NCBI GenBank assembly: GCA_046706365.1
Contig: JBJKPN010000120.1
Span: forward strand, 1,372 to 65,371
DNA length: 64,000 nucleotides
DNA from: Candidatus Kryptoniota bacterium
GTDB taxonomy: Bacteria; Bacteroidota; Ignavibacteria; Kryptoniales; JAKASW01
Reading direction: 5' to 3'
Shown here: in pieces, positions 45,262 to 54,067 of the stretch
How the letters are laid out: every line of letters starts with the position of its first letter
Numbering within the stretch: position 1 is the first letter of the stretch
The notes under the pieces: model-generated
The model's input: only the letters and a program-made list of their open reading frames with translations
Database searches by the model: none
Told to the model about the DNA's origin: nothing
Position numbers and translations under genes: made by a program

Positions 45262-47319
45262 ATGAGGCTGATAGCCAGAGTATTCGTCTTCATATCTTCG
45301 CTCTTCATAATTCTCTACGGTGTCCTGCCGGGCCTTTTCCATTCCGGTAGCAACTTCATCGCGACATACGTGGTCGGGAAAAACTTCCTTGCCGGGACGG
45401 ATCCGACGCTGTTCTACAGATTCCCGGAGTTTCAGAAGCTCATCGACGCGAGCGGCCTTGCAAACAGGGTCATCTTCTTCTCTGCCTGGACTCCCGCGTT
45501 CATTCCGCTTGATGCACTTATTTCCATCCCCCCGCCGCTCGTTTCCAGATTTGTCCTGACCGCGATCAATATAGCAGCTTTGATTCCTCTCGTTCACCTA
45601 TCCGCCAAGGTAGCCAGGACTACCGTTTCCAGATCGTACTCCATCTTCCTCGCGTCTTCATTCGCTCTCGCGGCTAATTTCAGCCAGAATGAGCCGTACA
45701 TAGTCCTTGCACTCCTCCTCGTGCTGTCTTTCTACGCATCCGAGGCTTATGCTGATGGAATCGCCGGAACGGCCCTGGGTTTTATTTTTCCCCTGAAGGT
45801 ATTCGCTGCAGTTCCTGCCGTCTTGTTCCTCCTCTCAAAGAAATGGAAAGTATTCCTGTATTTCGTTGTCACTTCGGTCGCTCTTGTCGGCTTAACTTAT
45901 CTGATCGTTGGAGAATCGGTCGTCACGTACTACCTTCAGCGAATATTCCCGTTCTACTTGAACGGAAAGCTGTCGAACCCGTTTTCCGTCTCCTATCAGA
46001 CTGCATGGTCCTTTTTCAGGACGTTGTTCGTTTATGATCCCACTTTGAACTCTCACCCGTTTTTCGCTTCGGCGAACGCTTATGTTCTCGCGTCATCGAT
46101 ATTCAAGGCGGGTGTTATTGTCCCATCATGCTACTTTTTCTACAAAGGAATCGAAAAGAGAGAGCTGAGGGAATCTCTGATAGCTGCATCGTTTCCAATC
46201 GTCTTCCTGTCCCCGACGGGAACGACTTCCCAGATGATACTCCTCGTTCCCGCAGTGATCGGCCTGGTGCAAATCGCATTTGACAGCGGGCGGGCAAAGA
46301 CGGCGAGATTCTTCCTGGTTCTGTACGCTTTCCTGTGTATTCCGTTCTACGCGGCAATGAAAACCTACTTTGGAATCACAAGCCCGTTTCTGCTTTATGA
46401 AAGATTCATTCTCCTGTCGACTCTCTATATCTGCTACTTCTTTTTTCAGCTTCACCTCGTCCGGAGGGAACTCTGGGTCACGAGGGGTGTGACCACCGCC
46501 GGAGTGGTTGCTGCCGTTGCTTTGACACTGTATTTCGGCGGCCGGACACCTCAGACTCCCTTCCCTTCTCCGGTAGCCCCTGTTCTTACTGGGACCCAAT
46601 TGAAGGAACCGGCATTCAGCCCGGGATTGACCGAGGGAAATCTGACCTACATAACTCTCGATTCAGGTTCGGTGAATTTCGTACCGCGAAACGTGCCGCT
46701 GCCCAGCAACGAGGCTTTCGATACTTACGGATACGCCTCTGACCGGAACGGCGAGAGTTATGCCGTCGAGATGATGCAAGGGACCAGAAACATCTGCTAT
46801 TTCAGAACCGAAAACGAAAGAGGTTTTTTCGAAGGCCACGCAGTTTCGGTCAGCATTGACGGCGACCGGGGGGCATTCCTGAACGAAGGCAGGCTCTTTA
46901 TTGTGAGGCTCGAACAAAGGCGTATCTTCATATCGGATACTCTCGACTTCATGCCTTTCAAGATCGTCAGGGCCGCTTTCAACTGCGGTGTGGACAACGA
47001 CATCATTTGCGTGCTGGACTCATTGAAGGGGTCACAATCCGTCTTAAGTTATAACATAGCGGAACGCTCGCTTGCCACCATCGCCGTACCCTTTCGCGCG
47101 ATCATAGTCCGGAGAAATTTCGATGACCTCTACCTCACACGCGAGGATGGAGATTCGACGAGTGTCTGGCTTGTGAAGAACGGAAGGATCCCGCAGAAGC
47201 TCCTGTCGGTTGACGGGAATATTTCCGACCTCTCGCTGATAAGAAACCGCCTGCTCTTCTCTTCAGATTACGGGAGGGGGGTGAATCTACCTACTATTTA
47301 CCAATACACGCCTCAGTAG
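45262..47319 (+). CDS. Large polytopic membrane protein (GT-C/DUF2029-like N-terminal ~430 aa) with C-terminal soluble, possibly beta-propeller, domain
   Basis: 685 aa. It starts 1 nt after the phosphoesterase stop. About 12 hydrophobic helices are followed by a ~250-aa hydrophilic domain. The family assignment is by overall architecture only. Confidence 0.6.
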   Translation: MRLIARVFVFISSLFIILYGVLPGLFHSGSNFIATYVVGKNFLAGTDPTLFYRFPEFQKLIDASGLANRVIFFSAWTPAFIPLDALISIPPPLVSRFVLTAINIAALIPLVHLSAKVARTTVSRSYSIFLASSFALAANFSQNEPYIVLALLLVLSFYASEAYADGIAGTALGFIFPLKVFAAVPAVLFLLSKKWKVFLYFVVTSVALVGLTYLIVGESVVTYYLQRIFPFYLNGKLSNPFSVSYQTAWSFFRTLFVYDPTLNSHPFFASANAYVLASSIFKAGVIVPSCYFFYKGIEKRELRESLIAASFPIVFLSPTGTTSQMILLVPAVIGLVQIAFDSGRAKTARFFLVLYAFLCIPFYAAMKTYFGITSPFLLYERFILLSTLYICYFFFQLHLVRRELWVTRGVTTAGVVAAVALTLYFGGRTPQTPFPSPVAPVLTGTQLKEPAFSPGLTEGNLTYITLDSGSVNFVPRNVPLPSNEAFDTYGYASDRNGESYAVEMMQGTRNICYFRTENERGFFEGHAVSVSIDGDRGAFLNEGRLFIVRLEQRRIFISDTLDFMPFKIVRAAFNCGVDNDIICVLDSLKGSQSVLSYNIAERSLATIAVPFRAIIVRRNFDDLYLTREDGDSTSVWLVKNGRIPQKLLSVDGNISDLSLIRNRLLFSSDYGRGVNLPTIYQYTPQ

Positions 47320-47435
47320 ATATACGGTCGGCAGGCACCTTTCCGCGGTTCATATTTTCCCTCTGAAAAGCCGATCAGCCCGTCAAGGCCTCTAAATCCT
47401 TGATTTTCTGCATACTCGCTGGTATATTTTTCCCA

Positions 47436-47858
47436 ATGCTGAATCATGACACCGCGTCAGAGTATGCGCTTGTTGCTGCTGCAAGTGAGGCAAGGGATAA
47501 ATCGAAAGCGAAGTTCTCAAAATTCCGGGTCGGGGTGGCGCTCGAAGCGAGGAATGGCAGGATATTTCAGGCCTTCAATGTCGAGTCGAGCAGCTACGGC
47601 CTTTCCATGTGCGCCGAGAGAATAGCCGTGTGGGAAGCGATTACAGCAGGAGAATCTGAGTTCACGAGAATCGCAATTGTATCGGACGCGGAGGATTTTT
47701 GCTCTCCATGCGGCGCGTGCAGACAGGTGCTGTATGAGCTTGCCGGCAACATCGAGGTCTATATGACTAACTCGAAAGGCGAATTGAAAAAGGAAAGCTT
47801 GTCCGCTCTCCTCCCCGATGCATTCACCTCAAAAACATTACTGAATGGAAGAGATTAG
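47436..47858 (+). CDS. cdd: Cytidine deaminase
   Basis: Zinc ligands CAERIAV and PCGACRQVL. The start is set at ATG 47436 within the listed TTG-initiated ORF 47400..47858. Confidence 0.9.
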   Translation: MLNHDTASEYALVAAASEARDKSKAKFSKFRVGVALEARNGRIFQAFNVESSSYGLSMCAERIAVWEAITAGESEFTRIAIVSDAEDFCSPCGACRQVLYELAGNIEVYMTNSKGELKKESLSALLPDAFTSKTLLNGRD

Positions 47859-48420
47859 TTTACATTACGCGCCGCGTGAAACCGGATGGATCGAGGTTAT
47901 CTGCGGATGCATGTTCAGCGGAAAGACCGAGGAACTGATACGCCGTTTGCGGCGGGCAGAAATTGCACGACAGAACGTTGCCATTTTCAAACCGCGAATC
48001 GACAAGAGATTCAGCGACGATCACATAGTCTCACATAGCGACGATCGTCTCAAGTCCGTTGTAGTCGACTCCGCCCTTGAGATTCCGCCTCTATGCAAAG
48101 ATGCGCAGGTAGTGGGCGTCGACGAAGGACAGTTTTTCGGAATGGAACTTGTCGACGTATGTGAATCGCTTGCCACCGAAGGCAAGAGAGTCATCGTCGC
48201 CGGCCTCGATCAGGACTACCGAGGCAAACCGTTTGAGCCAATGCCGCAGCTGCTATCGGTCGCCGAATACATCACCAAGACGCTGGCGATCTGCATGGTT
48301 TGCGGAAATCCGGCAGACAGGACACAGCGTAAGACACCCCAGGGAGAACGCGTTCTCGTCGGAGCAAAGGACATCTACGAGGCCCGATGCAGAAAATGCT
48401 TCGTCCCTCCGGCTGAGTGA
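47845..48420 (+). CDS. tdk: Thymidine kinase
   Basis: P-loop GCMFSGKTEELIRR, VGVDEGQFF, and zinc ribbon CMVCGNPA...ARCRKC. It overlaps the cdd end by 14 nt. Confidence 0.94.
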   Translation: MEEISLHYAPRETGWIEVICGCMFSGKTEELIRRLRRAEIARQNVAIFKPRIDKRFSDDHIVSHSDDRLKSVVVDSALEIPPLCKDAQVVGVDEGQFFGMELVDVCESLATEGKRVIVAGLDQDYRGKPFEPMPQLLSVAEYITKTLAICMVCGNPADRTQRKTPQGERVLVGAKDIYEARCRKCFVPPAE

Positions 48421-48483
48421 GATGCTCTTTTCGGATTGTCATTTCTCTGTATGAAGCCGTACTGTTTCTAATAGGAGCAAGAA

Positions 48484-49509
48484 ATGAAGAATGTCATACT
48501 AGTTGTTCTTACCGCTGTTGTCATAACCGGGGTGGCCCTGACCTTCGAATCGTGCGGAAAAAGTCAGCCGTCCGCGCCTCCCGACAGCGAAGTCGGACTG
48601 GTCTTCGATGTCGGCGGGAGAGGCGACAAGTCTTTCAACGACCAGGCGTACCGGGGTCTTCTGATGGCCAGAGACAGCCTCCACGTCAAGTTCCAGTACA
48701 TCGAACCTGGTGGGGGTTCGGATCGTGAGTCCGCTCTACGACAGCTTGCGAGCAGGAAAAGTATCGGACTTATTTTCGGCGTCGGCTTCATTTTTACCGA
48801 TGACATTACCGAAGTCGCAAAGGCCTTCCCCGACAAGGAATTTGCATGCATAGACTACACGTACGATTCCACTAAAGCCGTACCGAAGAACCTGATTCCC
48901 ATAGAGTTCCGTGAAAACGAGGGCTCGTTCCTGGTCGGTGCAATAGCCGGACTCATGACAAAGACCGACAAGGTCGGCTTCATCGGAGGCATGGAATCGC
49001 CGCTGATACGGAAGTTTCAGGCAGGTTACGAGGCGGGCGTCAAATATGTCAATCCGAAGTGCAAAGTCCTTGTAGCCTATGCCGGAGTGACCGGAGAAGC
49101 TTTCAAGAATCCGGCCAAGGGAAAAGAGCTGGCACTTAGCCAGTATTCGCAGGGCGCGGATATTATCTACCACGCCGCCGGGGTCACGGGACTTGGAGTA
49201 TTCGAGGCGGCAAGAGAGATGAAGAAATATGCAATCGGCGTCGACATGGACCAGTGGAACGAGGCTCCAGGACGGGTTCTCACGAGCATGGTCAAGAAAG
49301 GCGATGTAGCCGTTTACGACATCATCAAGGAATGGAAAGAAGGCAAATTCGACGGCGGCGTGCCTAGAGTGTTCGGACTGAGAGACAACGGGGTTGATTT
49401 CGTCTACGACAAGAATAACAAACCTTTGATTCCCGAGAAGGTGTACAAGACAGTCGAGGAGCTGCGCAAGGAAATTATCGACCGGAAGATAAACGTCCCG
49501 ACGCAGTGA
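48484..49509 (+). CDS. BMP-family (Med/PnrA-like) ABC transporter substrate-binding lipoprotein, probable nucleoside binding
   Basis: Signal peptide ending in ...FESC. DVGGRGDKSFND and GFIGGM segments are typical of BMP/PnrA proteins. AGGAG lies upstream. Confidence 0.82.
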   Translation: MKNVILVVLTAVVITGVALTFESCGKSQPSAPPDSEVGLVFDVGGRGDKSFNDQAYRGLLMARDSLHVKFQYIEPGGGSDRESALRQLASRKSIGLIFGVGFIFTDDITEVAKAFPDKEFACIDYTYDSTKAVPKNLIPIEFRENEGSFLVGAIAGLMTKTDKVGFIGGMESPLIRKFQAGYEAGVKYVNPKCKVLVAYAGVTGEAFKNPAKGKELALSQYSQGADIIYHAAGVTGLGVFEAAREMKKYAIGVDMDQWNEAPGRVLTSMVKKGDVAVYDIIKEWKEGKFDGGVPRVFGLRDNGVDFVYDKNNKPLIPEKVYKTVEELRKEIIDRKINVPTQ

Positions 49510-49522
49510 CACCCGGTACGCG

Positions 49523-51058
49523 ATGCCTTACGCAATAGAACTTCTCAACATTACCAAACGGTTCGCCAGAACCGTCGCGAACGACAACATCACGCTCAAG
49601 GTAGAATCCGGTACGATCCATGCTCTCGTGGGCGAAAACGGCGCCGGCAAGACGACACTCATGGAGACGCTGTATGGGTTATACCAGCCGGACTCCGGAA
49701 GAATCAGGATACACGAAAGAGAAGTCTCCATCAAGTCGCCGCACGATTCCATCCGCCTCGGGATCGGAATGGTTCACCAGCACTTCATGCTTGTTCCTCC
49801 TTTGACGGTCCTGGAGAACATAGTTCTCGGGTCCGAAACCACGAAGTATTCCCTGCTCGACCTCAAGAAAACGACTGCGGAGATCTACGAACTCGCCGGA
49901 AGGTTTTCACTGTCGGTCCCGCTCGAAGAGAAAGTGGAGAACATCGGAGTGGGAGCGCAGCAGCGCGTGGAAATCCTGAAGGCCATTTACAGGAAAGCAG
50001 ACATACTTGTCCTCGATGAGCCGACGGCGGTCCTCACACCGCAGGAGTCTGTCCAGCTCTTCAGGATTCTCTCGGAGCTCAGGGATGAAGGCAAGACGAT
50101 TGTCCTGATCACACACAAGCTGAACGAGGTGATGGCAATAAGCGACCGCGTCTCCGTTATGCGCAAAGGAAAAATCGTCGGAGAAGTCGAAACGGCGAAG
50201 ACTAACCCACAGGAGCTGGCACAGATGATGGTTGGACGGCCCGTGCTCCTGAGAGTGGAAAAGGAAGAAAAGAAGGCAGGAAACCAGGTTTTGATGGTCA
50301 ACGGCCTTACATACGTCGACCGGCGCGGAATCAGCGTCCTGAAGGAAGTGTCACTTGAGGTCGGTTCAGGAGAGATTCTGGGAATAGCGGGGGTGGAAGG
50401 CAATGGACAGTCCCAGCTTGTGGAATGCATTACCGGATTGATTAGGCCGTCATCCGGCTCGATCAAGCTCGACGGCATCGAGATTTCGGGTCTCACTCCG
50501 CGAGAAGTTTTTGCGCGCGGATTGTCGCACGTCCCGGAAGACAGGATCAAGCGCGGGCTGGTCGTCGATATGGATGTGAAGGAGAATCTCATACTCGGGC
50601 TTCACAATCAGGCGCAATTCAGTTCCCGATTGTCCATGAACCGGAAATCGATAGACGACAATGCGAGGCTTTTGATTTCCAAATACGACATTCGGCCTGT
50701 CGACCCCGATATTCACGCAAGAGGGCTCTCCGGCGGCAACCAGCAGAAAGTCATCATTGCCAGAGAACTCTCGAGAAACGCACAGGTCATCATAGCAAGC
50801 CAGCCGACCCGCGGGGTGGATATCGGCGGCATCGAGTTCATTCACCGCACCCTCGTTCAAGCAAGAGACGCCGGCCGGGCTGTCCTTCTCATTTCCGCCG
50901 ACCTGAATGAGATTCTTAGTTTGTCCGACCGAATAGCCGTGATGTATGACGGAAGAATCGTAAGAGTCTTCCCTGACAGCAATGTGGAGGAAAGCGAGCT
51001 CGGCCTCTATATGACCGGGTCGAAAGGAAGTTCCCGGACAGAAGCAATGGGCAATTGA
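49523..51058 (+). CDS. ABC transporter ATP-binding protein with duplicated NBDs (sugar/nucleoside uptake type)
   Basis: NBD1 has GENGAGKTT and LVLDEPT. NBD2 has LSGGNQQKV. Length is 511 aa. Confidence 0.9.
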   Translation: MPYAIELLNITKRFARTVANDNITLKVESGTIHALVGENGAGKTTLMETLYGLYQPDSGRIRIHEREVSIKSPHDSIRLGIGMVHQHFMLVPPLTVLENIVLGSETTKYSLLDLKKTTAEIYELAGRFSLSVPLEEKVENIGVGAQQRVEILKAIYRKADILVLDEPTAVLTPQESVQLFRILSELRDEGKTIVLITHKLNEVMAISDRVSVMRKGKIVGEVETAKTNPQELAQMMVGRPVLLRVEKEEKKAGNQVLMVNGLTYVDRRGISVLKEVSLEVGSGEILGIAGVEGNGQSQLVECITGLIRPSSGSIKLDGIEISGLTPREVFARGLSHVPEDRIKRGLVVDMDVKENLILGLHNQAQFSSRLSMNRKSIDDNARLLISKYDIRPVDPDIHARGLSGGNQQKVIIARELSRNAQVIIASQPTRGVDIGGIEFIHRTLVQARDAGRAVLLISADLNEILSLSDRIAVMYDGRIVRVFPDSNVEESELGLYMTGSKGSSRTEAMGN

Positions 51059-51062
51059 CGCG

Positions 51063-52148
51063 ATGGCCGAACGACGACACTGGTTGGAACATCCCGCAAC
51101 CCAGAATTTCCTTATCCCCATCTTTGCGGTAGTCCTTTCTTTTGCCGTTGGTGCGATTTTCATCCTGATCGTCGGCCAGAACCCGTTCGAGGTTTATTCG
51201 GTATTGTTCTCTCAGACGCTTGGCACCTCCTACGGGATCGGCCAGCTTTTGTTCAAAACGACGCCGCTCATATTTGCCGGACTTTCAGTTGCCATATGCT
51301 TCAAGGCCGGCCTCTTCAACATCGGCGCAGAAGGACAGCTGCAGATTGGCGCCTTCATGACCGCGCTTGTGGGAATGTACACCGTCGGTGTGCCCGCCTT
51401 CATCGAAATCCCCCTGCTGATACTTGCCGGCATGGTTGGAGGAGGAATCTGGGGATTCATACCGGGTTATCTCAAGGCCAAGACCGGCGCTCACGAGGTC
51501 ATTAACACCATAATGCTCAATTTTATCGCGGTCGCGCTCGTCAGCTTTTTCGTAACGAATGTCTTCAATGTTCCGGCAACGGTTCACACTCCAAGCATCG
51601 CCCGTACGGGAAGGATTCCACGTTTCGACGCGATCTTCCCGGGATTTGAGGGGTCACCCGTAAACTTCTCCATCCTTATCGCTCTTCTGGCGGCCGTACT
51701 AGTTTGGTATTACATCGACAGGACTAGGTACGGTTACGAGCTTCGGGTTGTCGGCCTGAATTCGAAGGCGGCCGAGTACGGCGGAATAAGTGTCTCCAAG
51801 AACATCATTTTGAGCATGGCCATCGGCGGTGCTATTGCCGGGCTTGTCGGAACGAATTACGTTATGGGATACAAGTACTACTTCGAAGAGGGGTTTTCGA
51901 CAGGTACCGGGTTCATGGGAATCGCGGTCGCGCTTCTCGGCAACAACAATCCTTTCGGGGTCGTACTCGCTGCCCTTCTCTTTGGAATGCTCGAGTACGG
52001 CGGGCTCGTGATTAACACGATGGTTCCGAAGGAGCTCGTGAGTATTCTCCAGGCTATCGTGATAATATTCGTGATCTCGTCCAACAAGATCTTCAGGAAA
52101 ATTCTGGTGAACTTCCTGAAGAAGAGGACATTGAGCATAAATGATTAG
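51063..52148 (+). CDS. ABC transporter permease
   Basis: 361 aa with 8-10 TM helices. It sits between the ATPase and the second permease. Confidence 0.85.
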   Translation: MAERRHWLEHPATQNFLIPIFAVVLSFAVGAIFILIVGQNPFEVYSVLFSQTLGTSYGIGQLLFKTTPLIFAGLSVAICFKAGLFNIGAEGQLQIGAFMTALVGMYTVGVPAFIEIPLLILAGMVGGGIWGFIPGYLKAKTGAHEVINTIMLNFIAVALVSFFVTNVFNVPATVHTPSIARTGRIPRFDAIFPGFEGSPVNFSILIALLAAVLVWYYIDRTRYGYELRVVGLNSKAAEYGGISVSKNIILSMAIGGAIAGLVGTNYVMGYKYYFEEGFSTGTGFMGIAVALLGNNNPFGVVLAALLFGMLEYGGLVINTMVPKELVSILQAIVIIFVISSNKIFRKILVNFLKKRTLSIND

Positions 52149-53055
52149 CCAGATTTTCTCGCTTGCGTTCCTCGCACAGACAATAAGGATAACGGTTCCC
52201 TATTCGCTGGCATCCCTGGGGGGCGTCTACAGTGAACGTGGCGGCGTCGTCAACATTGCACTCGAAGGGATCATACTCAACGGCGCTTTCTGTGCCACGG
52301 TAGGCACATACTACACAGGCAGTGCTTTGTTCGGCGTAGTCTGCGGCATAGCCGGCGGGTTGTTCACGGCCCTCATACACGCAGTCGTCTCGATTCACAT
52401 AAAGGCCGATCAGATTATTTCCGGAATCGCAATAAATCTCTTTGCAGTCGGGATCACTAAATTCGTGCTGGAAATCCTTTTTCAAAGTTCTAGCAATTCT
52501 CCAAGGATCGCAGGACTCCCACACATTCAACTCGGCTTCATCGAGAATCAACCGGATGTGGCGAACCTGCTCGGCAATCCACTCGTCCTCACGACCATAG
52601 TTATCGTAATCCTGAGTCACTTCATAATCTTCAAGACAAGATTCGGTCTGCGACTCCGTTCCGTGGGTGAGAATCCCGAGGCAGCAGACACAGTGGGGAT
52701 CAGCGTCACGCTCTACAGATATTACGGAGTTCTCATCAGCGGCGTACTGGCCGGACTTGCCGGTGCCTGGCTGGCTTTCGACCAGCACTCGTTCACTGAC
52801 GGCATGTCGGCCGGCCGTGGTTATATAGCGCTGGCAGCAATGATAGTCGGGAAATGGAATCCCCTAGGCGCGGCTGCAGCGTGCCTCATGTTCGGGTTCG
52901 CCGAGAGTCTTCAGATTCAACTCCAGGGCGGCGGACTTCCCACGCAGTTTATCCAGATGATACCATATGTCGCCACGATCATAGTCCTTGCGGGCTTCAT
53001 AGGAAAAGCGGTTGCGCCTGGGGCGGACGGCATACCGTACGAGAAGGAAAAATGA
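52141..53055 (+). CDS. ABC transporter permease
   Basis: 304 aa, polytopic. It overlaps the previous permease by 8 nt and punA by ATGA. Confidence 0.85.
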   Translation: MISQIFSLAFLAQTIRITVPYSLASLGGVYSERGGVVNIALEGIILNGAFCATVGTYYTGSALFGVVCGIAGGLFTALIHAVVSIHIKADQIISGIAINLFAVGITKFVLEILFQSSSNSPRIAGLPHIQLGFIENQPDVANLLGNPLVLTTIVIVILSHFIIFKTRFGLRLRSVGENPEAADTVGISVTLYRYYGVLISGVLAGLAGAWLAFDQHSFTDGMSAGRGYIALAAMIVGKWNPLGAAAACLMFGFAESLQIQLQGGGLPTQFIQMIPYVATIIVLAGFIGKAVAPGADGIPYEKEK

Positions 53056-53876
53056 TAGAGAACAAACCGACCACGATCGGAAACCCTTTCAAGGAATCGT
53101 CGGATTTCATTTCGAGAAAATTCGGTTCGAGGCAATTCGATGTCGCGGTAGTCCTCGGCAGCGGACTCAGCGGTTTTACCTCACACATCGAAGAGATAGA
53201 CAGACTTTCTACCGCCGATATTCCCGGGTATCCGCGTTCGACCGTTGTCGGGCACAGCGGCCATATCTTCAGCGCGCGTGCGGCCGGCAAGAACGTGCTC
53301 GTCTTCAGCGGAAGGGTGCATTACTATGAATCCCGCTCCACGATAAATGCGGCTGCGACTGCAATCGTATCGCACGCACTCGGAATCAAGAAAATTGTCC
53401 TGACAAATGCTTCGGGAATACTGAACGAGTCCTTTGTTCCCGGCGACCTCATGATCATAAAGGATCAGATCAACTTAACTTTCACCAACATTCTCCGTGA
53501 TTTGAGATTTCCATTGAACGACACGGGACGTTTATACAGTAATGAGCTGTCGGCCCTTTGTGTTGTGGCCGGCGGAAAGGCAGGTGTGAACCTGCAGAGC
53601 GGCGTCTATGTGGGTCTTACCGGCCCCTCCTACGAAACACCCGCCGAGGTGAGAGTCTACCGGGCATTCGGCGGCGATGCGGTCGGGATGTCTACTGTGC
53701 AGGAATCGATCTACGCAAACGCAGTCGGCATGGGAGTGCTCGGCGTCAGCTGCCTCACAAATTACAGCACCGGAATTACGTCGGAGAAGCTTTCGCACAG
53801 CGACGTGACGGCGCTGGGCGCCGCCGTTGACGAGAAGTTCTCGAGATTGTTGCTGGAATTTATCAGACTGATTTAG
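53052..53876 (+). CDS. punA: Purine nucleoside phosphorylase (trimeric PNP/inosine-guanosine phosphorylase family)
   Basis: The start is ATG 53052 within listed ORF 52854..53876. VVLGSGLSGF, SGRVHYYE, GLTGPSYETPAE and GMSTVQE are family motifs. Confidence 0.9.
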   Translation: MIENKPTTIGNPFKESSDFISRKFGSRQFDVAVVLGSGLSGFTSHIEEIDRLSTADIPGYPRSTVVGHSGHIFSARAAGKNVLVFSGRVHYYESRSTINAAATAIVSHALGIKKIVLTNASGILNESFVPGDLMIIKDQINLTFTNILRDLRFPLNDTGRLYSNELSALCVVAGGKAGVNLQSGVYVGLTGPSYETPAEVRVYRAFGGDAVGMSTVQESIYANAVGMGVLGVSCLTNYSTGITSEKLSHSDVTALGAAVDEKFSRLLLEFIRLI

Positions 53877-53994
53877 GCAGGGGTAAAACGGGTTGCCCTG
53901 TTGGTGGTGGAGATCGCTGCTTGCAGGCCATCAGTATGCCGTTCGACTTCCGTATTGCAGCTTCGACAGCTGCTGCACAACTCCCACGATAACG

Positions 53995-54028
53995 AAAAAG
54001 ACTCCGACACTTTCCCCGTGACGGAGTC
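53995..54028 (-). terminator. Rho-independent terminator after the respiratory operon
   Basis: The minus strand reads GACTCCG-TCAC-GGGGAAA-GTGT-CGGAGTC-TTTTT. That is 7 bp plus 3 bp with one mismatch, a 7-nt loop and a U5 tail. It begins 39 nt downstream of the 54068 stop. Confidence 0.55.
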
Positions 54029-54067
54029 CTCTCTCAACAGGCTAAACAGCCTTCATTGCCGCAGCTC

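Noticed and set aside
53877-53915. Hairpin GGCAGGG-N13-CCCTGTT after punA as a terminator
   Set aside because: There are only 5 Watson-Crick pairs plus G-U pairs. The loop is 13 nt and no U-tract follows. This is too weak to call.
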